The notes beneath the pieces were generated by a model that was given only the letters and a program-made list of their open reading frames with translations, was not told where the DNA came from and did not search any database. This document shows, piece by piece, positions 1-10,349 of a stretch of 64,000 nt of DNA; the stretch's first letter is position 1, and every line of letters starts with the position of its first letter. The position numbers and the translations under genes are program-made. Source of the DNA: Lophium mytilinum (Eukaryota); assembly GCA_010093605.1 (NCBI GenBank), contig MU004189.1, forward strand, positions 1,185,834-1,249,833, read 5' to 3'.

Positions 1-15
1 GACCAGCTCGAGCGT

Positions 16-918
16 TTGAAGTCGGCCCATGGAGCCGAAGGTCGACAGGTGAATCCGGTCCTTGGACACTTCTTCTCCAAATGTAGATTCATGAACCATG
101 CAATGTATCTCAAGTGGAATCTCCTTCAGATCCACTGGTTCTATGATCCCAACACAGGATCGATGCCGCTCTATACTGGTGAGATTGGAAATTCCATTCT
201 CTCCGGTGGTTTCGAATACAAGAATGCGTCTTGCAGGGATATGTTCTTGAATATCGATACCAGGAGCGATCTTTACATCTCGGTCCAGAGGCCAGGTGAA
301 CAGACAGTATGGGCCACTGCTACCATCTGGAATGCCAACGGGATCCGAGTTGGCGATTTCCTCGACGCAATGTGCAATCTCGGGAAGGTTGAGCAGCAGC
401 TGAAGCGGATCGATCTGAATCAGACCATAGAGGGTTGGCTCCAGCTTGCCTGGGTGCTCGTTCACCTTTTCGCGGTACTGTGGACGCCGTCAGGACAGAT
501 GTGGCGGGAGTGGGTGTGGCTTCAAATGCGCCCCGCTCGCTACCCAAACACTCCCTGCGAGTCAACTCTGGAGTGTCTACACGACTTGATCTCGACTTTC
601 CCAACCTTTTTGATATTATACCTCTATCCGAAAGGGTTATTATCTAGCGTAAGCGCACACTACAAGACACTCTCGGGACAGAACTGGGCAGGGATCTACG
701 AGCCGATTTCCACAGTCATCAACTTTTGGAGTGTGCACTTGCATCTAGAAGGTCTGTTGGATAAGGTAGTAGCTTACCGAGAGTTCCTTTGGAGCTTGGG
801 CTCCGTTTTGAGCATTTGTCTCTTCGGCATCCATTTGGTTGAGCGTTGGAGACGGTGGAAAATAAATAGACTGTCCGTGGGCCGCGTAAAAATAGTGACC
901 ACTCGGTTGAAGGGATAA
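16..918 (+). CDS. Hypothetical protein, probably the 3' part of a gene starting before the window; possibly the C-terminal region of an F-box-type protein with a hydrophobic tail
   Basis: 300-codon open frame with normal GC and no ATG at its 5' end. 'ASCRDMFL...NANGIRVGDFLDAM' resembles segments seen downstream of F-box domains in fungal proteins (recollection only). Confidence 0.45.
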   Translation: MKSAHGAEGRQVNPVLGHFFSKCRFMNHAMYLKWNLLQIHWFYDPNTGSMPLYTGEIGNSILSGGFEYKNASCRDMFLNIDTRSDLYISVQRPGEQTVWATATIWNANGIRVGDFLDAMCNLGKVEQQLKRIDLNQTIEGWLQLAWVLVHLFAVLWTPSGQMWREWVWLQMRPARYPNTPCESTLECLHDLISTFPTFLILYLYPKGLLSSVSAHYKTLSGQNWAGIYEPISTVINFWSVHLHLEGLLDKVVAYREFLWSLGSVLSICLFGIHLVERWRRWKINRLSVGRVKIVTTRLKG

Positions 919-1586
919 TCCTAGTCTTCCCTTAGAAGTTATAGGCGTCTCGGTTCATTCTTCGAGTACTGCGGGTCGACTCGGCACAATTTAGTTCGTA
1001 GCAATTCCCAGAATCTTGAAAGTCATGAGTACCTAAGATTTTGACACTACTTTCCAATCAAGGCATCAGCTTTTTGTAATCCTCGAGACGAGAGAATATT
1101 TGAAATGTGCTTGAAAGTGGAGAGACAAGATTTGTTTGAAATTCGACTGAAATGGATGTTCTAAGCGATTTATTCGTTTCTGGACTCTTCGTTCTTCGTA
1201 AGTTGCACAGACAAGTGTTAGATAGCAAACGGATCCTTCTATATTAGAAGGGTCATCTTAGGAGAAAGAAAGGATCGATCCTGAGATTATTATTCTCACT
1301 TTTTATACACTTATGGCGGGAACATACACCTATACTAGTGAATTTATCTATTCCAAAACTCACAAACCAGGGCCAATTTGCATATACTACTACGTCGCGA
1401 TCAACAGCCTCTACGATATGGTACAGTCTTACATCGATCTCACAGCGACCGACTTCTGGGTTTGAAACGTTTGTGGGACCATTTAGGCTACCATGAATTC
1501 TACAAGCAGTGAACGTAGCCACTCCTGCCAGTATATGTCGCCCACCGAGAGGACCCTGCATATGCTTCTGCCTGGGAGATTCCCTA

Positions 1587-1772
1587 TAAGTCAAGTGGGA
1601 GTGAATGTTAACGTTTTTGGAGATCATTGTTAATACACTTTAGCCACAATCACTTTTTGTCCCGACAACTACTACGGGCTTAAGTCAAGCGAGTGTGAAT
1701 GTCAACGCTCAGAGGTCATTGTAGATACACTTTAGCCACATTCACTTTCTCTTCTGACAACTAACTGATACT
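1587..1772. repeat. Diverged tandem duplication (2 x ~93 bp) upstream of the 1836 ORF
   Basis: TAAGTCAAG..GTGAATGT(T/C)AACG...ATACACTTTAGCCACA.TCACTTT...GACAACTA occurs from 1587 and again from 1681. A third TAAGTC starts at 1773. Confidence 0.9.
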
Positions 1773-1835
1773 TAAGTCTCACGCACGAGACGTAGTTTCT
1801 CTTTCGTCACCATCCGTTCCACGCTTTCAATCACC

Positions 1836-2723
1836 ATGGATATCCCAACTAAGGACCTTGAGATTGCAACTGAGGCTGGTGGGCCCTCTCACTCTCCAAA
1901 GAATGGATCGTCCACCCCTACCAGAATGCCGCCTGAGACCAGCGACCAAGGTCTATTTCCGTACAATTGCACAGCGAAATGCTTGGGCGTGGATGATATC
2001 GACGAGGAGTTCTTCACAGACCCGACTGGTTGGTCATCTCTAGGCAGAGAGCCCTCCCTCAACTCCGAGGACAATTCCACCCTAGACCGCGATATGTGGG
2101 TAAGCGACAACCTTCTGAAAACTCTGTTCGCGGTCGGAGTGAAGATGCAGTACACAGGGGCGCTTTACCGCCCGGATTGGTATGAGAAGGAGACCATGAA
2201 GTCCGACATGGCCGTCGCCCAGCAACGTTTGGCACGATGGGAGCAAGAAGGAGACCAGATGAAGCAGATGATGAACTCGGAACTCGAAGCGCTTCATCCG
2301 GGCAAGTTCCGGAAATTGGAGGCCCTGATTCTCACCTGGCAACGCCGCGTAATGGCGGAGAAGGCTCTCATGGGCGAGATCAAGCTCGAGCAATGCCGAT
2401 GGAGGTACTACGGTCCCATCATCTGCAGTGTTTTTCAAACTCGGCTACCGATAGGAGCGATGAGTGGGGCAGAATGGCGGGCGGTGTTCGACAGCACTAA
2501 TCGTCCGGAAGGATCAGAGGGTATCACTGCCCTAGCGCAAATTGAATTAGAAGATGCACTTGACGAGCACCTTACCCTCCAGTTAGGGGGTAGCAAAATT
2601 CTTCCAGAAGATATCGCGCTGGGGCAGCGCGTCTTGATCTACTTATCAGCGCGCGACGATCGCCGTCGTTTGAGGGGCGTGATCAAGACCCTCACATCTT
2701 TTCGTCTGGAAACAGATGAGTAA
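1836..2723 (+). CDS. Hypothetical protein (295 aa), no recognised domain
   Basis: Intronless ATG-TAA ORF with good start context (TCACCATGG), a pyrimidine-rich leader and a helical/charged composition. Confidence 0.7.
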   Translation: MDIPTKDLEIATEAGGPSHSPKNGSSTPTRMPPETSDQGLFPYNCTAKCLGVDDIDEEFFTDPTGWSSLGREPSLNSEDNSTLDRDMWVSDNLLKTLFAVGVKMQYTGALYRPDWYEKETMKSDMAVAQQRLARWEQEGDQMKQMMNSELEALHPGKFRKLEALILTWQRRVMAEKALMGEIKLEQCRWRYYGPIICSVFQTRLPIGAMSGAEWRAVFDSTNRPEGSEGITALAQIELEDALDEHLTLQLGGSKILPEDIALGQRVLIYLSARDDRRRLRGVIKTLTSFRLETDE

Positions 2724-3178
2724 ATGACATCAGCTGCTATCACATATGCGGATGTATAAGATGATTGATAGCTTTTAGGCATTATTGTGCCTATACTCGA
2801 AGATACCAACTATCACCAAGTACTGGAATGGAGTCTTTGGGGAGAAACTCTACTTTAACACACTGCCAGATACGTTTCAATAGACTGCAGATAATCCAGC
2901 AATATGAGAACTTGATTACAAATGACACTTAATGACACTGTTTGGTTGTTCCTTGGGCTCTATTGTTCTTAGACGTGGTGTAATATAACGCAGCCCGTCG
3001 TACAAGCGCAAATGTAAAGTATATACAATAGCTGAACAATACCCTTCACCCCTCCAACAACTTGTACAATAGCCCCCTATTCGCTTCCTTCACCCTACAA
3101 TACGTCTATTGTTCTATTGAGCAAAATCCACTGTAGCTCTCTTTAAAGAATATAGGTCTCGCAGTCAGGTCCTCCATC

Positions 3179-4324
3179 ATGTTCCTCAACCGTCCCCTGC
3201 TGCACCTCTTCTTGAACCCAAAGTACCGAACAAGCCCACTTCAAACCACCATGACACCAGAACAACATACCGAGCTACCAGGGAGTGGCTGGGACTGGTA
3301 CGCAGGCCCCGCAAACCCAATCACGCTCCCGGAAGAACAAGTGACTGAAGTAGGCGGCGTGGTCCCGATTTCGACTGCCGATATCCGAGCATACTTGGCC
3401 CATTACCACGACATCACGCAGAACTTACACAACGTCAACGACATTCTATGGGGTGCACGCGTCGCTCTTCTCCACGTCAAGACCGCCCTATCGTATGTAC
3501 TCCAGCACGATCTCGCTGCAGAGCACGTGGCCCAAATGTTGACAGATCAGGTTCAACTACCAGAACCAACGGAGTCGGAGGCCCAAGTAGAAGAAAAGCT
3601 AACGAAAGCTCAGCGCCTCGCGTTCGACGCTTTGGCCCAGCGGCTCACGTCACTTCAAGAAACAATAGCGGGGCTTCTGGAAGATGAACTGGCAACGTAC
3701 TCGACATACCCTCTTGGTAGATGTTGGCCCAAAATCAGCGCATTTGGCACGCTACGCGAGGTACGAAACGCCAACGCTCACAGCTACCTCGTCGCCCGTC
3801 GTCATTACTACTTTTCCGGAGACGAAATGTTCAAACTGATCAGAGAACTTCCGTCTTGGCGTGCTGAGCTTGAGAGCATGGTACTGGTCTTCGAGAGCTA
3901 CGTTCCGGAAGTTGAGGCTAACAGCAACATGACCATCCCTAATGGGGTACGCGTAGGGTACGGACCGTCCGCAATCTGGTCGCAAAGTGTGACGGTTATG
4001 GCGGATTGGCGAGATCAAGCAGCGGAAACGGAGACGCAAAGCGCAGAACATCAGGAAGAAGCGACCGACGTCCGGCCCCAAACTGCCGACGATCACGCTG
4101 GCTGCGGAGTACACGTCGTCGAGCAAAAGGGAGGAGAAGGAGAAGACGAAGAAGAAGCGGCGGAAGAGATGCCACAGAGTGGTTGGAAAGACCGACTCTT
4201 TGCGCTTGCGATGAAGAGACCCTGGTTTCAGCGACGAGCCGTGTCTCTCTGTGACTTTCTTTGGGCTCACGTGCACCATTTGTACGAAGAAGGGGGAAAT
4301 GATGGGTACGGCGAGGCTGTTTGA
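3179..4324 (+). CDS. Tandem-family paralog A (intact), putative HEPN/DUF86-like RNase-fold protein; the likely start is the ATG at 3251
   Basis: 381-aa ORF. Shares 'QRxAFDALxQRxTxLxE', 'WP...RxxNAHxYL', 'ELxSMxxVxExxxPxVEA' and a C-terminal 'W.RR...L..FL...GYxxx*' with the copies at 50612-51823 and 52139-53427. RNANAH at 3764-3781. Confidence 0.8.
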   Translation: MFLNRPLLHLFLNPKYRTSPLQTTMTPEQHTELPGSGWDWYAGPANPITLPEEQVTEVGGVVPISTADIRAYLAHYHDITQNLHNVNDILWGARVALLHVKTALSYVLQHDLAAEHVAQMLTDQVQLPEPTESEAQVEEKLTKAQRLAFDALAQRLTSLQETIAGLLEDELATYSTYPLGRCWPKISAFGTLREVRNANAHSYLVARRHYYFSGDEMFKLIRELPSWRAELESMVLVFESYVPEVEANSNMTIPNGVRVGYGPSAIWSQSVTVMADWRDQAAETETQSAEHQEEATDVRPQTADDHAGCGVHVVEQKGGEGEDEEEAAEEMPQSGWKDRLFALAMKRPWFQRRAVSLCDFLWAHVHHLYEEGGNDGYGEAV

Positions 4325-4629
4325 GGGGGTCAAAGGGCCGTTCTGGACGAGGAGGGTCTGTGATTGGTAGGTTTTGATTGCTTTTTATAGCTTGTAGTCA
4401 CAAATAAAGCGTTGTCTCACACGCTTTCGTCTCTTTGAAGGACATTTGCGACCATCTGGTTATTCTTTATTCAACGTGTATAGCGTGCGTGCATGCTCTC
4501 AAATTGCCGCTTAATCCAACATTTTAAGAACATGCATCTTTACAGAAAGAACCCCCTTATCTTTGCAACGTGTGATAAATTTCATTCTTCATCGCCAGAT
4601 TTAGTATTGCATCATGGTTAACGTAATGT

Positions 4630-5670
4630 TGCTCAAGAGTTGCCGTCGTCTGGGGTACCCCAACTTACTCCTCAGATTTAAAAGCGATGTAATTGTTGCC
4701 ACACCCCAAATCACATGCCTATCAGCTCGTGCTATTTGGCACCTACATGTCACTGTTTGAGGTCCTCCGGCATGTGATTATACATCCAGATGCAATCCTA
4801 ATTCTCCAGCCTCACATATTACACGAGGGCTCAATGGATCTATTTGCCGCCGTCAGGGTACCCCCACCTACCCTCCAGAGTTCAACGCCATGTAAGGTTT
4901 TCGACCCCCTAAATTGCCAACCTATAAACTCGTACCATTTGGCGCCTGCATACCACCGTTTGAAGTCCTCCGGTAGACTATTGTATTCCAAGGCGTAATC
5001 TCCCATTTCTGGCCTCGCAAATCACACGAGAGCTTATCGGTTGTTTTCGCATCTTACTCGCCGCCGTTTGAGGTACTCCCCGGTGACCTACAGATTCTGA
5101 CCTAATGTAAAGTCTCTGACACTTCAAATGGGGAATCTACCAACTCCTACCGTTTGGCTCCTACACCATACCGTCTGAAGTGTTCTGGTGGGAGATTATT
5201 CGCAAAGATGTGATATCATTTCTCCGGCCTCACATATCACACGCGAGCCCATGATGCTTTTGGATCTTATCCACCGGCGTCTGGAGTACTCCTACGTGCC
5301 TGCCGGACTCTAAAGCGACGTATAGTTCTCGACCCTCCAGATTGCAGGCCTACGAACTCGATCCACTTGGCACCTACATCACGTCGTTGAAGTCCTCCAA
5401 CAGGCAGTTTTATTCCTTGCCTTAATGTCACTATTCTGGGCACACATATCACAGAGGCTCATTAGGTGCTTTTGGACCCTATTCGCCAGCGTTAGAGGTT
5501 CTTCAACATCCGAATTCGTTCCTGGTTTTAACGTCAAATCCTCAAAGTCTCAAACTTCATGCACGATAGTCTGCAGGTTTTGGCACCGACATACCGCTTT
5601 TTGGGGTCCCCCAGAGGCCAAGTTCTTGCTTGGGTCCGATGTCAAATTCTTGACAGCACAGATCTCGCCC
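4630..5670. repeat. Five degenerate ~210-bp tandem repeats, probably a decayed coding repeat of ~70 aa
   Basis: The anchor TTGGC.CC..CA recurs near 4737, 4939, 5154, 5368 and 5580. CACATATCACAC/G-like words recur near 4813, 5017, 5231 and 5443. Minus-strand translations repeat 'GAKW.EF.G...GS.T' with stops and frameshifts. Confidence 0.8.
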
Positions 5671-5751
5671 ATGGTAAAAGGCAATGAACATCATGTATAC
5701 ATGTATACACCATTCGACTTGTACCTTCACAGTGCGGGCCAGTATAGTGCG

Positions 5752-6167
5752 ATGAGACGAATCCGCTTACACACTCCTCCACCGTAGAAAAACCGCCAAG
5801 CATTAGGGCGGCCGTCAAGTATCGAGATCTCAAAGCAGACCTCGAAGCATTACAGGATCTTCGAGACGATAGCTTCTTGTATGAGCAAGATAGGCACGAT
5901 TACACAGACGAGGACCAAGGATATGGCTATTGGCACGGCTAGACGGAGGACGACTACAACTACTGGTATTCGTTAGCCGACATCAAAGCGCATTCACAGA
6001 GTGCTGAGTCCATTCGACTAGGCTGGGGCATGCAGTTTTTAATCGCTGTCTTGCAAATGCCCTGGGCTCGACGAAAAGTCGTGAAGCTGAGCAAGTTCCT
6101 GGATGAGTGGCTATACGAGCATCCAGAAGATCCCACGAACCTCGCGAGATACTGCAACGAGGTGTAG
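5752..6167 (+). pseudogene. Tandem-family paralog B, C-terminal remnant
   Basis: The frame ending at TAG 6165-6167 reads ...GWGMQFLIAVLQMPWARRKVVKLSKFLDEWLYEHPEDPTNLARYCNEV*. This aligns with GRGTKLFTTVMQASWVRQNIAKLRTFLNEWHHEHPELPKDLRGYSNEV* of paralog C. In-frame TAG at 5940-5942. Confidence 0.8.
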
Positions 6168-6929
6168 CTCTGGACTTGATGCTGAGTCTATGTCCAGAAC
6201 TCTTGCGGTTGGTGCAATCGAGTCTACTTGAGTAGTTTGAACGGCCTTTAAACGCATTTCTACTGTACCTTACCCATAGCACATCTGTTGATTCTTCCCA
6301 ACAACTTGATCGTATTCTTGTCTTGTGTCGCGAATTGGTCTACCGCGAACTCTAAATGCGTCCCCTAGCACTCCAGCCTCTCACTACGCTGTAGCTTATA
6401 TTTCAACCTTCTAACTATCAAATTACCTTTCGCTCTTTAGTATTTCGATCGCAAACGTAAGAGCGTGGCCCACACCCTTTGTTTCGATCCCATAAACTCA
6501 AGTGATTGATGTCGAGCCCTTTCCTGTCCAGCAGCCTTTCGTAGCACCCTGTGTATACCTTTTTTTCTGCCGCTCAATACGTAGCCCCTGGACGCTTGTC
6601 TATACAACAGCTTTTGGACCCACATCCTGACCTTTTTCTGCTTGCCGCTCATCGCCTGATAAGGTCCAATCCCTGATCCTCTCCCCACTACACGCTGCTC
6701 AACTGCCATCGAGTTTAGAAAGCATTAATCTTTCCGTGGGGTGGAATGTGCGTTGATGTATTAAAACATACAATGTAGTCACATTCACACATCTTACATA
6801 ATTCACAATGCATTCATATTTGTATATATATTGCGCTTCGGAAGCCTTATTTCACGGATTACTTATTATAACTTATCCCTTCGAAAGCTTTCCAACAAAT
6901 TAACCATCATAAACCCCGGGAAAACAAGC

Positions 6930-7071
6930 ATGGAGGGCACTACCGCTTCGTCTTCGTCCGATCGTCTACTAAAAACATGCAAGTATTGGCCTGGGTATAA
7001 AGCTCCAGATCCAGATCCAGCTCCACCGGCTACCACCGAAGAGTCGTGGGACTGGTCCGTACCACCGTTAA
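6930..7071 (+). pseudogene. 5' fragment of paralog C (46 codons plus the TTAA target), separated from its 3' part by the giant insertion
   Basis: ATG at 6930 gives MEGTTASSSSDRLLKTCKYWPGYKAPDPDPAPPATTEESWDWSVPP-L. The WDW word also occurs in the N-terminus of paralog A (SGWDWY). TTA is in the same codon phase at 7068 and 50612. Confidence 0.85.
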
Positions 7072-7078
7072 GGTTTTC
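7068..7078. repeat. Left junction: TTAA direct repeat plus 7-bp terminal inverted repeat GGTTTTC
   Basis: CCACCG TTAA(7068-7071) GGTTTTC(7072-7078). Composition switches to AT-rich just inside. Confidence 0.85.
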
Positions 7079-8981
7079 ATTCACTTAATACAACGTTTTG
7101 CAGTCATTAAACTAGAAGTGGCGTTTAGGATTCACTAGAGAAATAGCAACTATAGTGCTCTTTTAGTATAGTATATTAATAGAAGCAGCACGTAATTTAG
7201 ATAGTAATATGCCGACGGAGCATATAAAAAGTAATGCGGAGGAGCTATATATATAGACGCGTTATAAAGTTACTATATAAGATAAAGTTTATAAGCCTAA
7301 AGAAAAACTATATTTAAGCTATAATTCCCTAAATCTTAAACCTAATCTATAATTCTTCTAACTCTAATTACCCCTCTTACCTTTATACTAATTACCCCCC
7401 TTAGCTTTACCCTAATTAACTCCCTTAGCTTTACCCTTACGGGCCGCGGTGCTCTTCTTAGATTTAATTAGAACTCCCCCTTTACTAATAGGTTAGAAGT
7501 TACGCCCGCTAAAGGGTAAACTTTTATATATAGTTTTAAGATTAGTAGCTATATACTACCCTAATACCTTATAGCCCGGAAGATAGAATTATTTAAGTAC
7601 TTTAGTAATCTAGAATAATTTATTATTATACGCGCGGTAAATAGGGGGAATCTATATAGGTCGCCCTTCTATATTATTATTCTCTAAATCTATTAGGCTA
7701 TAATCTTTAACTTCTCTATCTCTATTTATTATTAAACTCTTTAGACCGCGAGTAGTTTTCTTTCTATTATTATTATTGCTAATATTATTAGTCTTTTAAG
7801 GTTATTTTAACGTAATACCTATATTTATTATATTAGCATGCAAGAAATATAGCTAAGATAAAAGTAAGTATACCTAATTTTAGTAGTATACTACCTCTAG
7901 TCTCTTTATCTATACTTCTATTACGCGTTAAATCTTTCTTAGTAGTTTCTAACTCTACTAGACTAGACGTTATCTAGTTCTCTTTAGCTATATTAGTTAT
8001 CTTATCCTTTAGACTATAAGTTAGTTACTTTCTATTATTCTTTCTAATAGGCTTATAAGGTTATTTTACTATAGCGTCTAATTCTACTTAACTAGAGGCT
8101 ATCTAGTTCTCTTTAGCTATTCTTATATAATTTAAGTGGGGGACCTTTATAAGTGCTAATAGTAAGAGTTAAAGAATAAGGTTAATCTAAGAAGGCTACT
8201 AGCTAGAAATAGGGCTTTTAGACCGGCCTAGAAATATTTATAGATATTTAAGTAGATAGTAGAGTAAGCCTACTAATATTCTTTTAATTCTATAAAAGTA
8301 AAAGTAAGTTATAAAGAGCCCTATGAATATATAGATTATATAAGATATATAAAAGGTAAGCGCTTTAGTAGATTTCTAATAGAGTTTTCTAGTTCTAAAG
8401 AAACTTTAGTACTACTAGGTTCTAGACACCTTATATAGAGCTTGCGGCTTAGACTTTTATTACTACTAGTATTATAATAGACTAGTTTAGGCGTAAATAT
8501 AATTATATAGACCTCTATAGCTAGAAGTACTTTAGTAATTATAGGCGTCTAGCCTTAGAGTATTATAAGCGTCTATAGTACTAATACTTAATTTATAGAT
8601 AGAGTAAGTAATAGTAGGTCTTTATTTAGCTAAAAACTATAGATAATCTTAACTTATAGCTTAGTAATATACTTATTAACTAGTTAATCTATTATTCTAG
8701 GTAATATAATATTAGAGTATAATTTATTCTATATAGTATATAAGTTCTATTATAGGCGTAGTATAGCTACTATATAAATATCCGCTAGTAAAATAAAAAA
8801 AGGTATTGTAACTTATTTTATTATAGTGTCTCTTAAATCTAGCTTAGTAACCTTATAGGCTCTTTATACTATCTATCTAATATTAGCTTAAAACTAGGAT
8901 ATAGGCGGCCCTAGGCAGTATAGTATTATCTACCTATAGTGCCTTATATATATACTAAGTAGAACTTACTTCTATAAAGGC

Positions 8982-9234
8982 ACGCAGGTAATAGAAAAAG
9001 CTAGATACTAAAACTACTTACTATTTTTATAGCGTAATTATAGTAAATTATTAGGAGAAAGCTATACTTTAAAAGTAGATAAAAGTAATCTTAAGAAGTA
9101 GCTCTTTCTAATAGTATAAATTTTAAGCTTCTAGATAAGTAAGTAGTAGCTAAATATTAATATACTTTAAAGTATTTTTTGCTTATATAAGTAATTTTAA
9201 TAGTTTAGTATCTAGCTTTTTCTATTACCCGCGT
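8982..9234. mobile_element. Small MITE-like element with ~33-bp TIRs
   Basis: ACGCAGGTAATAGAAAAAGCTAGATACTAAA(A)CTA at 8982 is the near-perfect reverse complement of TAGTTTAGTATCTAGCTTTTTCTATTACCCGCGT at 9201-9234. Confidence 0.7.
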
Positions 9235-9235
9235 A

Positions 9236-9508
9236 AAAGGGTGCCGCTTAGAGCATAATTATAACCCTACTAGCTACGCAAGGTAAGGAATATTAAAATA
9301 ACTCTAAATCGGCAGCTTCTTAGAGCTATATCTTAAGATAAAAAAGAGGTTTTAAGTTATAAAAAGTTTAGAGATACTTATAGGGACGTAATTACTCTAG
9401 TACCCTACCTTAAAGTTATTATTTTATTATTATAGTTACTATAGACCTATATCTTAGTTTTTAGTAAAATACTTATATAATATAATTATGCTCTAAGCGG
9501 CACCCTTT
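9236..9508. mobile_element. Second MITE-like element with perfect 28-bp TIRs, abutting the first
   Basis: AAAGGGTGCCGCTTAGAGCATAATTATA (9236-9263) and TATAATTATGCTCTAAGCGGCACCCTTT (9481-9508) are exact reverse complements. Confidence 0.8.
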
Positions 9509-10349
9509 ATAAGGTTTTTAGCGCTCTTAAGCGGCTAGAGAGAGTAGAAGTTTAGGTAAGTACTTATATACCTAAGTAAAAGTTATAGGCTATCTATAAT
9601 TAGTTCTTTATACGCTCTATATTATATAACCCCTTATTTAGGCTACTTATCTATCTTAAATAGTTTATAGGCAGGAAGCTCTTTAATTATAAGTATTATC
9701 TTTCCCTTTTTTTTATATTCTACTTCTATAGAGTATAGTAGACTATATTCTAGAAGTTAACCCTTTCTACTCCGTATGCATTAAATAGAGATAATAATCT
9801 AGTAAGAGAGAATATATTATATATACTCCGCTGTCCCCTAAGTATATTATACTAAATATAGCTTATTATAATGCTTCCCTTCTATATAGGAGACCTAGAT
9901 AACTATATAATAATCTAAAGCTAGTAATCTTTCTAGAAGGGGTATAAATTATATAAAAACCCCTTAGTAGTTAAAGGGGTAATAATCTAATTAAACCCTT
10001 TATAGATATTTCTATTACACCCTCTATAGAGATTTCTATAGCACCTACTATATAGTCTAGTATAGTACTTATAGAAATTTCTATAACTACTACTAAGAAG
10101 ATTTCTATAATATCTTCTACTAATTCCCTTATATTTATGCTACCTACTAAATTTTCCACTAGTACTTAAAGTTATATTAAACGGTTTTAGAGCACCTTTA
10201 AAAAGCTAGAACTACTACTTTAGGTATTATACTTCTTCTATATTACTATTAACTAGAACTAATAAGATCTAGACCTATATTAAGTTATATAGTTAATACT
10301 TTATTAGCCTATAGATCTATAGTAGGGCATCTAAGCTAACCTTTTTAGC

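Noticed and set aside
9971..10159. 62-aa minus-strand ORF from the ORF track
   Set aside because: Ile-rich low-complexity product of RIP-mutated sequence, with no independent support.
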